A stretch of 64,000 nt of DNA from Hormiphora californensis. Its lineage: Eukaryota > Animalia > Ctenophora. A model generated the notes under the pieces. The model had not been told where the DNA came from. It ran no database searches and was given only the letters and a program-made list of their open reading frames with translations. Numbering within the stretch: the first letter of the stretch is position 1; each line of letters opens with the position of its first letter. Both the position numbers and the translations under genes were made by a program. This document shows positions 50,117 to 60,895 of this stretch, in pieces. The stretch spans positions 4,278,001 through 4,342,000 of the forward strand of contig CM035354.1 in NCBI GenBank assembly GCA_020137815.1. Reading direction: 5' to 3'.

Positions 50117-50795
50117 TATGGAGAGAGAGATAGAGAGACATATCAGACAATCCGTCTGTGAGCTGTGTATTTTTAGATTATTACCCCCTCCTCCCCCATG
50201 AATATATTACAGTTACAATATATACAAGAACTGTGCTGACCCCTTAAAGTTTTTATACACTGTTTAAGGAGCTCTGGCTGCTTTCCTTTGTGGCAGGTTT
50301 GCCCCTGTTTCCCTTCACCCGTTGGCATTCGCGAGTTGGGATCAGGCCCCCAAACCTGTCACCCCCCACCCCCTGATTGAAAGAATCTATATTTTAACAA
50401 TGTGCTTCCCCCTATATATTTGTTATGCTCGCCCAGACAAATCTGTGTCCCTTGATTAATAACCGTGGTAGTTTCGTTAAAACAGTTAGTTCTCTAAGAA
50501 ACTGAATATATCTCGAGAAAGAAAGTACCACGGTTAACGGATAAAGCAGGATGTTTTGAGTTGTTAGAAATAAAGGGGAAATGATAAATAATACAAATTG
50601 GGGGCTCTCCAAACCATGCAACAATTACTTGAGTAACCCTTTACTAAACAATCACATTCTCTACTGAACACAGTCCTCTACCTAAACAGACAACTAAGAT
50701 TTAAAAACGACACACTCAAAAAAGACTCTGAACGAAACACACACATTATCAAATAAAACAGTAGGCACGATGGAATATACAATTTGTATTACAAA

Positions 50796-53700
50796 CTAAA
50801 CCCCGCGACTGAGCCAAAACGAGAGACTGAACACTGTTATAAATGCTGGTGCAATGACACATGAGACAGTTTGTAGTGTAATAGTTTGTATAAATTCCAG
50901 AATTAAGGGTATCCCGCACCCTATAACCGCTGCATCTGAGCCCATATGGAAACACTGGGACCACAATGCCCATGTGAGAGTCCGGTTTGGCTCGGGTCCA
51001 AAGTAGTAACTAGTGGAGTTTATTGTGATGATTCCAACTGGTTCTCCGTGACGAGAGAAGTGGCCCAAACCGAACAGACCCTGAAAGAGTAGTGTTTTAG
51101 TAACAACCGGACCCCTCTCCCACCCCTTACTCAACAAATTTTGACAGACAAATATTTTGACAGACAAATATTACAGAAAGGCCGCTCAAATGGTACATTA
51201 CTGCCTGTTTAGTGTTTATTAAACAAATTACTTACCTCTTCCACACCGTTCCCTGCGGCCTCTCCATACATCACCGCTGCATCCCTATACCTTCCTTCCC
51301 TGTATAAATTGTTCCCCGTAATGGCCTGTGATGGCCCATATCCGTTTAGGGCAGAGGCACGATAATATCGCTCCGAACACCGGTCTATCTTGTACTTTAG
51401 CTGGGGGGGGTGACACGTAACACTTTGTAACATGTAACGCGCACAAAAAGTTTTCTGCACATGTTACAAAGTGTTACAAAGTGTTACATAGTGTTACAAA
51501 GTGTTACAAAGTGTTACATAGTGTTACAAAGTGTTACAAAGTGTTACATAGTGTTACAAAGTGTTACAAAGTGTTACATAGTGTTACAAAGTGTTACATA
51601 GTGTTACAAAGTGTCACAAAGTGTTACATAGTGTCACAAAGTGTTACAAATTGTTACAAAGTGTTACAAATTGTTACAAAGTGTTACAAATTGTTACAAA
51701 ATATTTACAAAATATATAAGACGGTTGGTGAATAAGTAATTTGAACGACTTTGGTGTCTTCCTAGAACACATCTAAAAGTTATTAATCATTTCTAGGGTT
51801 AAAACATACACTTTTTTACTAATTTGCGGATATTTTGAGCCTCCGATGTCATCGACTGTGGAAATCAGGGCTGAAATAGTCCATTTGGTAAAGAAAAATA
51901 TGAACTTTAGACAACGGTAAAGTTTTTAGAGTGATATTAAAAGTATTGTGCCTCTCAGAGGCCCCCAATGTGCTGAGTCACCTGTGAGTTGTGACCCAAT
52001 CGACTTTTTTTCATTGGTAATCGATTCTTTGTACAGTCGGACCCCGATTTAGGGCCCCCCGATTTAGTGGCACCCCGATTTAGGGACAGGAATTTTTTCC
52101 CCCGATATACGAAAATTAACATAATTTGAACCCGATTTAGTGGACACCCCGATTTAGTGGACAAGAGCCTTTCCCCCGAGGGTGTCCCTAAATCGGGGTC
52201 CAACTGTACTTAATAAGATGATATACAACGTTTCTGTTGGAAAAAGAAATAAAATTTTTCCAAAATCAATTTTTTGGTCAAAGATTGAAAATTTGCTTCG
52301 CTACAAATCCTTGTGTGTTTGTAAATATTTTGTAACAATTTGTAACACTTTGTAACAATTTGTAACACTTTGTGACACTATGTAACACTTTGTGACACTT
52401 TGTAACACTATGTAACACTATGTAACACTTTGTAACACTATGTCAATCAATCAATCAATCAATCAAAACTGCCGCTGGCAGTGGCATGTGCCGCAATAAA
52501 TTATATAATGTCAAGAAAACCAGCCACACTGGACAAAACTGGGTGGGGATGCAGGGTGGCGCATCATGGCTAATAACACGAAGACGGGTAAGGTCTTTTG
52601 TGTGCGTTTACCAAGTTACCCCACCCTGGTACCCACCGTGTCCGAACAATGTTTCACACAGCTAATTGTAGTAATCATAGATATAAATCAAATCTCAAGT
52701 CTCCCTCTCTCGAACTCATAATTCTCACCCAAGCACAAGAACAATCACTAACAATCTCTCCTCTCCTCACATGCGATTGCTCACTCTCTGATCTCAACAA
52801 CGGACCCCCTCCTGATCCTAAAAATCTTCTCTGGCTCTTTCTCTCTCTTCTCTCTCAACCTGGCAACAAGATCCCTCCTCTCAGTCCGTTCCTCTACAGT
52901 TCTGTCTGGAGATATGTACACTGATTGAAAAGTATCTGAGTCCTTCAGCTGAGCAGATTTCCCCAGAATGGTCCTAGCTGTTTCCCTGCTCCTCAGTACC
53001 ACCCGAACAGGACGTACTCGCTCATCACTCCTCTTCCCCAGTCTACTGACCTCCAACAAAACAGGTGCTTCATCCAGATACTCGAACAATTCTTTCAATC
53101 TACTGGTGTCGTTACCATCAACATTCTCGGCTAACCCATGTACTATCAGATTTGCAGATCGGTCAACTGTGGCGCTGGCCAGGGCAGCACGTATCTTGGT
53201 GGGAGCTAGAGCAGATACACACGTCTGCTTCATGTTGGTAGCAGCGGTCTGAAGGGCAGACGAATAGCTGTTCATTTCCTCTTTTACGACAGTCTGGACA
53301 GCAGTAATGCTACTCTCTAGCTGAGAGTCCTTCATTGAGATGATGGTGTCTTTCAGTGCACTAACCTCTTCCTGAAGGGCGATCATTTTCCGGTCACGCT
53401 CCAGTAGTTCGTCCTTGACAGTGTCGAGACGGTTTCTGGTGTGCTCCAAATGTTCCAGAAGCTTCTCTACTTCCTCTCGGGACTCATCGAGTACAGGTAC
53501 AGGTGTCTCCTCCACAGTCTCAAAATGGTTTCTAGCTACCTTTGACAGGGGCAGAGATCGGAACCAAAGGAGACCAGCCATGTCTGCAATCAACTTTACC
53601 TTCTTATTGGTATCAAGACTCGAAATTTTGCTGGTAGTGATTCTGTTCTGATCAAATTCAACACCCTCCTTGTTGGAGCCAGGGTAGCCGCCGATTCTTC

Positions 53701-54317
53701 GCATGACAGCCAGGATCGTCTTTTCCAGCCGGATGAAGTCCGCTGCACCTGCATTATCGAAAGGAACTGAACGTTCCCATGCTGAAAACGTTCGATCCAT
53801 CTGGAACTGGTGGGCCAGTACAAGTGTACTAGGTCAGGAACACTAACAGTTGAACAAAGTATGCAGAGCGCTGTTAGAGATACAAAATAGATAAGTGAAA
53901 TGTGAGAACTGATAGATAAGTGAAATGTGAGAACTGTAACACTATGTAACACTTTGTAACACTATGTAACACTTTGTAACACTATGTAACACTTTGTAAC
54001 ACTCTGTAACACTTTGTAACACTATGTAACACTTTGTAACACTTTGTAACACTTTGTAACATGTAACGTGCACAAAATATTTTCTGCACATGTTACAAAG
54101 TGTTACAAGCGTTACAAAGTGTTACAAAGTGTTACAAAGTGTTACAAAATGTTGCAAAATGTTGCAAAATGTTGCAAAAAATGCCCATTTTGTAACATTT
54201 TGTAACACTTTGTAACATTTTGTAACACTTTGTAACATTTTGTAACACTTTGTAACATGTAACGTGCACAAAAAGTTTTCTGCACATGTTACAAAGTGTT
54301 ACAAAGTGTTACGTGTC

Positions 54318-54370
<53 letters not shown>

Positions 54371-57300
54371 AACTAGCACACGTTGTACAAGATGCAGGAC
54401 TGGGTGGATTGTGGCGCGCACTCGCGCTGAGTTCTCTATATGGAGGACCTCGCGCGTCCCACCAACACAAGTCGCAGTGAGCAGAATCATCACACAATTT
54501 GAGGTGAAAACATGAACATCTCATTTTCAAGTTACAACGCAACATACCTCAAACTCTTGACAGAGCCAGGCGACATTATACTGTGACATTTCAATACCAG
54601 CCTCAGCCGCTGTTAGATACAATAGCAGGGCCTTGTCATGTTCACCGTCTTCAAATAGCGCCTGGGCAACCCGGTGAAGCTTTGTTACAACATTACTTTG
54701 AATTGCCAGGGACCGGATAAACCTGGGGGATAATTGTGAGATATGGGAGTTTATACATTATACAGATGGGCTGTTGTATTTCCGTGGGGAGACGACGTGT
54801 GGTCAGTGTTTGTATTGTGGTGGAATGAAGTTCCTTCCTACCTAAACTACCTCAACTCTCTTTATATATAACTGGTGCAGTACTCTCTCAAGACGTCAAT
54901 TGTCTGCAATTTGTACGGTATAGTCTAGTTGAAAAAAGGAACACCCTCAGAACCTCTATTGACTATTTCAACTCACCTCAACGCTTCAGGACAGTTGCCG
55001 GTAAGATTGTGTACACCGTGGAGAGTTTGTTCTGCTGCTATCATAGTAGCTTCCTTGTGACCGCTCTCAGCCGCTTTCTTGAACATCCGGTGGCTGTAGT
55101 ACTGGGGGGATCAGGGTTAGGGGAAATATAACGAGGGATCCTGGTCAGAATGATAAAACTTAGAGAGATAGAAATAAGTTGCCTTGCTCGACCCTCTCTC
55201 AATCAAGAAATAAGAGCATGATCAATTATAGCGGTGGTGGGTTATACCGGATCAGATTCGAAGGGTTTGTAAAACGACTGTATGACAGCAAGATTATGTG
55301 TAGCGTCACTATCACCCAGCGAGTGAGAGATGTTGAAGTAGTGAACTGCACCGGTTACATTTCCATTTTCATTTAGTTCCAGGTAACCCAGTGTACCGGG
55401 TGCTGCCTTGTGACCTGCCTTTACTGCCTTCTCAAGGTACTGCCTGGCTTTTGTTACCTGCAGTAGTGGACTTGATATTAATACCATCCACAGATAAATA
55501 TTAAATACTGAAGTACCTAGTGTGCTTTGAATTGAACCATTCGTCTCGTGGAACAGTACGAACAGTTCAAGATTTGAACACAAAATCATTTATTTCAAAT
55601 ATAGACAAAAGCATGTCAAATTGTGCTTTTTGAAGGTTGCCTCCTTACATTTTTTGGAGTTCCCTGTCCTTTTAGTAACATGATCCCCGTATCAAAGAGC
55701 CCATCAGCATGGCCCTGAACAGCGGCTGCATTCTGCATCTCAAAAGCCCTGTCCATATCCCTATCTTGGCCACCTTGTCCCCAGTAGTACATACGAGCTA
55801 CATTGGCTTGGGCTTCAGGGTCACCCTGATATTGACAGAGTTAATTTGGAATTACAACTTCAGAGATTCAGAGAGCATGTAATGGTGTGTCTACTCTTAA
55901 GATAATCCAAACAAACCTGCTCAGCCTGCATGTGTAAGAATTGGAAGACTTCCTCATCGGACCCCTCAAACTGTCCCAGAACCCCGTGTTTTAATCGGAC
56001 CCTCTCTCCAGCTATTAGATCTATCTCCTGCCCACTCTTCCATTTCTCCATGTATTGCTCTGCCACCGCCCCGTAGTATGCTAAACAGAGGGAGAGAGAG
56101 AGGTAGGGGTGATTCATTTACAGATCTTTGGCATGCTGGGGTCTTTTTAAAGCTTGACAAAAAGATATATGTTGGTTAGGACATTATTCATGATAATATC
56201 GTGTAAGACGTACCGAATTGTGTTGCACATGTTTGTCCCTGTGTGGCGAGGTCCAAGTTAGCCAGAACGGATCCCTGAACTGCAGCTGCTAGTGTCAGCT
56301 CCCTCGCTAGCTGGGCATGTTGAGGCAGGATCACACCTGATTTTAGTAGTACTGCCAGCTTGTAAAGGTGATCAGGGGTGTCATGACATGACGCCAAGAT
56401 CCATAGGGATACAATGGTGCAGGGTGGTGTGGAGGGTGTCTCCAGGAGGGATTCAGAAAGAACCGTTAGAGAGGTTCGGCCATTGCGTAGATATTCACGG
56501 AGAACTCTCCTGAGAATTGACAGTTACCATTTAATTTCAGTACAGAAGCATCAACGTTCATTACTATAAGTTATAACATTGAGAACAATTAGCAGGAAAT
56601 TAAGTAGCTCTTACTCTGGTTTAGAAGTGCATTTCATTACACTAGATATATGTTGGTGTATTATTTGTAGCTCTAGGACTAGTCTGTCCTCCCTTTTCTG
56701 GTGCACAAGGAGTCCCTGTTGTACTGAGCATGATGTAGAACGCGGGTACACCTCGTTACTGCACTCTGAAAAAAGGTAAAGAGCTGTGATAGGCATAAAG
56801 TACCTCCTCTGACCCCATGGCCCATTGTCCATGCTCAACAACAGGGAGAGAACGGGCTAGCCAGTATTGGTACGTAAACCCCTACGACACAAATAATAAC
56901 TGTGGAACTGCTTACCTAGCGATTCTAGGGTGATCCTCTCTAGCTGGGGGATTCTGGAAATACTTCCCGCCTGACACAGGAACATGACCTCCGCCAGGGG
57001 TAGGGTGAAAATGGGGTCCTCAAATTTAATAGCCTGGAATATTTCATTATGTTTATTGAGGAATCTTCAAAGGTTTTGCGAATCAGGAAACTTGAAGAAA
57101 CTTGAAGAAACTAAAGTGTAGATAACCCCAATCCCCCGACCCAGCAGACTATACATTGCAGAGCCCTGTTACCTTGTTAATGTTAACCACATCCTGATAG
57201 TAATCATCTGCTGCTGTGTCTCCAGGAATTATTGTTAGCTCCTTCATAAAACCAGGTGCTCCCTTCTTATGGGCTGTACCACCTAACAAAACACAGGATA

Positions 57301-58556
57301 TGAACATTCTAGTTGACATAGCGCATCCATTGGGTAATGGGTGCACCTCAAGCAAGGGCTTTTAGTCCCCCTTTCAACGTCAATTACATCATACACGATT
57401 TCCATGGTAACTGAATCAACATTCCAGGTTGTATTCTAAAAATCTAGATTGTAGGTAAATGACATGACAACCCAATACTTACCAAGAACCCAAACCCCAT
57501 TGGGGCTGAACTCGTATGTTTTATCGATGTAGATGTGGCAGTGGGATGTAAATACTGTACTGACACACACCCTCAGCTCTGTATCATCCATCGATAGGAC
57601 TATCTGGAAGTAGTAAATTAATAGACACTCAGATCCCATTTAGAGATTGGTTACGAAATCACCCCTGGGGCGCTCACGCGGAGGGGTAATTTCATTACCA
57701 AATTTAGAGAGGGGTGACAGAAATAGTTGAATAGAATGAGAAAATCGGTGATAAACTTAACTAAATGGCGGGAGTATTAAATAATGAATTGAAAGGGGAC
57801 GCCTGTAGTGATAATCGCATCATATTCCCCAGTAATTACCTTGTGCCATGTGAAAAGTTTTAGGTTCCTATCAAAACTCATGACCTTCCCCAGACCAGAC
57901 CCGTACGCCAGGACCTTCAGCCTCCCCGTGTGAGTGACGTAGAGTTGGGGTGTGTGGAGGCGACCAAACTTATCAATTCTCTGTATTATCCCACACTCCA
58001 GCAGACATTTGTCTAAATGATGGGGGCGTGTTAGAGTTGTACAGTTATTTGAGGGAATATGAGAACTGATAAAACCATTACAAAATCCAAAGGAATGGAT
58101 TTTGTAATTGTGCTCACCAAAAGATGTTGGGTAGAAGTAGAGTATGACATGTCCACCAGTAGTTTCAATACCTTTTACCACTTTATAGGCCCCCTTGTGG
58201 GAATACGAACTCGCAAATACCTGAGGGATAACCAATACTCAGATTGTATATTGCGGTAGTATCAGTCACTTATTAGTGTGCAATAAGTAGAGAGAATATA
58301 ATAACTACTACAATCCTCAGACAAAATATTTGGCACTCATCCAATACTTTACCTCATCAATAATGAACCGTTCCTCAGTGGAGCTAAACAGGTGTTTGGA
58401 AGGGTAGGGAAATATCTTGACAGGTACAGGTGATACCTGTTCCTCGACAACTCCTCCCATCTCATCGGTGAAGTCATCATCATCAATATCGATAGTCTCG
58501 GAGTAGTGAGTTGAGCTGGCAAACGCCAGGGAAAGGAGGAATATGGGTATCCTCAT
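50796..58556 (-). CDS. SEL1L3: SEL1L3-like protein (signal peptide, LamG-like region, Sel1 repeats, C-terminal TM), ~14 exons
   Basis: MRIPIFLLSLAFASS signal; FLHMQAEQGDPEAQANVARMYYWGQGGQDRD, GLFDTGIMLLKGQG, ARQYLEKAVKAGH, GDSDATHNLA, GLFGLG...C..GC + TM. Confidence 0.8.
52034..52206. mobile_element. 173-bp Tc1/mariner-type MITE with TA target-site duplication
   Basis: ta|cagtcggaccccgatttagg ... cctaaatcggggtccaactg|ta; internal ccccgatttag sub-repeats; related remnants at ~10446 and ~10648. Confidence 0.88.
52444..53936 (-). mobile_element. ~1.5-kb non-LTR retroelement with ORF1 only and a 3' (TTGA)n tail
   Basis: (TCAA)n at 52443-52466 on +; 25-bp tandem duplication at the 5' end (53887-53936); interrupts the 10-bp array; candidate TSD tgtaacactatgt. 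Confidence 0.8.
52781..53800 (-). CDS. LINE ORF1-like protein (coiled coil + RRM-like + CTD), 339 aa, intact
   Basis: NLIVHGLAE ... SRLGKRSDERVRPVRVVL ... VYISPDRTVEERTERRDLVARLREK..IRRG, typical of CR1/L2-group ORF1. Confidence 0.85.
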   Translation of the reverse strand: MDRTFSAWERSVPFDNAGAADFIRLEKTILAVMRRIGGYPGSNKEGVEFDQNRITTSKISSLDTNKKVKLIADMAGLLWFRSLPLSKVARNHFETVEETPVPVLDESREEVEKLLEHLEHTRNRLDTVKDELLERDRKMIALQEEVSALKDTIISMKDSQLESSITAVQTVVKEEMNSYSSALQTAATNMKQTCVSALAPTKIRAALASATVDRSANLIVHGLAENVDGNDTSRLKELFEYLDEAPVLLEVSRLGKRSDERVRPVRVVLRSRETARTILGKSAQLKDSDTFQSVYISPDRTVEERTERRDLVARLREKREKEPEKIFRIRRGSVVEIRE

Positions 58557-58708
58557 TGCTCATGACGTACCCACCTTACCACCTAACCATGTCCTAGTGA
58601 ATAATAGTAGTGAGTTGGTTCATCTTAAATCTTAAAACAATTCAAGGGTTAAAACTTAGAAAGTTGTTAAATAAATAGACATTGGTAAAAACAGAAATCT
58701 ATAAATGA

Positions 58709-59884
58709 TCACGACCCTCCGGTATTTCCCCGTTTTCTCAAAGCACTGACTCGCTTCTTATGTTTCTTACTAGTTGAATGTTGTCTAAATTGTTCCTCTC
58801 CCTCACAGACAACCTCACAATCCCTACAACTCCTAACTCCCATATCCTTCTTAACAAAGTCCCTTTCATCATCCTGCAATGTTCCTTGAAGGAAGAGTCT
58901 CACGTCTCGCATGGCAGGCATTGAAACGTGATCTGCCCATTGCTCAGGGAAACTGCTGTCTAGCCGTCTGAAATAATAACCTGGATCACTACACTCTGAT
59001 AACCGTGATTTGATCCACCTCAGCTGTTTCCTAGCGTATTGACGAGTCCTGCACTTCATACGATCCAGACCTTCCCCCAGTGCCCCACTGAGATCATCTG
59101 TTCCTGATCGTTGTAGTTCTAAATACTTCTCAAACTCCTTGAACCCAATAACCTGTGACAACAGTCCTGAGTCTCCTGTAGAGTGGTGAACGAGAGAGTC
59201 AAGTTCTTTAAGCAGTCCGAGGTCAACCATGGTATCAACACGTTTATCTAGTCGGCTGTCAAGCACAGACAACTCACTTTCAAGAGAGAAAAGGAGGATA
59301 TTTTTCCATCTCATTTTACCACGTTTGTTTTCCTCCTGCTGCTCCTGAATTAGACCACTCCGTTTCACTCCCATATCTCGGATAATCTCTAAACACCGTT
59401 CAATACGTCGCACATTGTTTGGATGAATCACCTCTGCTGACGGAGGATCAACTGCTGTCAGTTTCTCGTAGTCAGATAAATTGGGATCTTTCAACACTTT
59501 CAAATCTTCCACTGAGATTGTGTTATCATTTGTGGCTGCTAAATCAGTCAGTGTAAACTGCCAACACAAAGCTTCGATGTAGTACGCAGTTCCACCGACA
59601 ATCACCGGTACCTTCCCTCGATTTAAAATGTCTTTGATAATCGGAATGGTATAATTGACATACTGCTGGACATCATAGGACTGTGATACGGGGACATAGT
59701 TGATGCAGTGGTGGGGGATCCCACGCATTTCCTCCTCCGTGACTGTGTTGGAAATAATGTCAAGACCTTGGTATATTTGCATGGAATCTGCACTGATCAC
59801 TTCTCCATTCACCTCGTGTGCTATCTCAACTCCGAGTTTTGTCTTTCCTGTGCCAGTACATCCCGCTACCACGATGATACTCAT
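58709..59884 (-). CDS. TRIT1: tRNA dimethylallyltransferase (IPT), intronless, with C-terminal zinc finger
   Basis: GCTGTGKTKL, ISADSMQIYQGLDIISN, VGGTAYY, IHPNNVRRIER, QVIGFKEF, TRQYARKQLRW, CRDC...H..SKKHKK. Confidence 0.96.
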   Translation of the reverse strand: MSIIVVAGCTGTGKTKLGVEIAHEVNGEVISADSMQIYQGLDIISNTVTEEEMRGIPHHCINYVPVSQSYDVQQYVNYTIPIIKDILNRGKVPVIVGGTAYYIEALCWQFTLTDLAATNDNTISVEDLKVLKDPNLSDYEKLTAVDPPSAEVIHPNNVRRIERCLEIIRDMGVKRSGLIQEQQEENKRGKMRWKNILLFSLESELSVLDSRLDKRVDTMVDLGLLKELDSLVHHSTGDSGLLSQVIGFKEFEKYLELQRSGTDDLSGALGEGLDRMKCRTRQYARKQLRWIKSRLSECSDPGYYFRRLDSSFPEQWADHVSMPAMRDVRLFLQGTLQDDERDFVKKDMGVRSCRDCEVVCEGEEQFRQHSTSKKHKKRVSALRKRGNTGGS

Positions 59885-60895
59885 TCGTTCTTAGCTGTTT
59901 ATCGCTTTTTTGGTAAAATTCACGGTGATCTTCAAAGCTTTTTAGGTGTTTTTACACCTCCATTTACTCAAGACACAAATCAGGCAGCATAGATCGTGGA
60001 AACTGGAGAAAGGGATGAGAAATCACGTCGTTTGTTGCCGAAACCAAAAAAAAAGGAAAAAAAATAAAAAATAATAATAAAAGAGGCCACATGCATCCGG
60101 CCTAACAAATTCAATTCTATAAAAACAGCGAACTAGCCATCTGGCTACACAGATAAGATCATGATAAATGTGACAGTAAAAAGCTAATATATATGATAGA
60201 CCAACCAAAAAAAAAAGACGAAAAACTGTGAAATTTTGAGCTGAGCGGGCATTTCATTTTTCAATTTGAAATGAAAATTTCGCGCGCGCGAGTATATCTC
60301 TACTTATCGCGCGGATATGAATTGCGCGTTACAAGGCGCGCGGGCGCAGTGCTGAACTCTGCTTATTTTCCACGCTAATGAGCCACAATTTAATGCTGAA
60401 ACGGTGTACTTTATTCATTTCTGAAAGACGTTCCCCGAATACGTTGCAGCTCTGACTCTGCCGGGAAGGAGAAAAAGCGGGAGCGGTGACAAGCAGTTAC
60501 CCGTAGTATTAAGAGAACAATTTACTTGTGAGAAGTAATATACAATAATTATACTGCACCCTCAAAAATAATTTATGACAACTTCCATAAAAGAGTCGCA
60601 CTCGCACTCATACGCATATTATATATCTCTTTCTCATTGCATGCACCGCACGCCGTATGTGTTTGGTAAAAAAAGATAAGAATCGTGTGAGAAAGTACTC
60701 AGATTAAGTTCTCCATCTCTCTTGCGAGACAAAGGAAATCTGACGACAAAAAAGGAAAGAGAGATATATGGAGGTTTAGTTTATATCACAACACACAACC
60801 TACACCAACTCTATAAAATGTCCAATCAATCTCGCGTTATTAAACATGTTACACAAAACGAGAATCACACACAGACACACACACACACACAAACA

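Larger units (their letters stand above)
51403..54368. mobile_element. Foldback-type TIR element with 10-bp tandem arrays (gtgttacaaa/gtgttacata) in alternating orientations
   Basis: Termini G8-TGACACGTAACACTTTGTAACA ... TGTTACAAAGTGTTACGTGTCA-C50; a ~45-bp module (atgtaacgYgcacaaaa.....tctgcacatgttac) at ~51432, 54061 and 54256. Confidence 0.85.

Noticed and set aside
51481-51735. 84-aa VLHSVTKCYK repeat protein
   Set aside because: Translation of the 10-bp array
54485-54515. Spliced-leader RNA gene (aatttgag|gt)
   Set aside because: Only a short match to a leader-like end, with no convincing upstream leader or Sm site
54264-54545. Poly-Pro/poly-Gly ORFs
   Set aside because: Translations of the C50 run at the element terminus, whose length may itself be inflated
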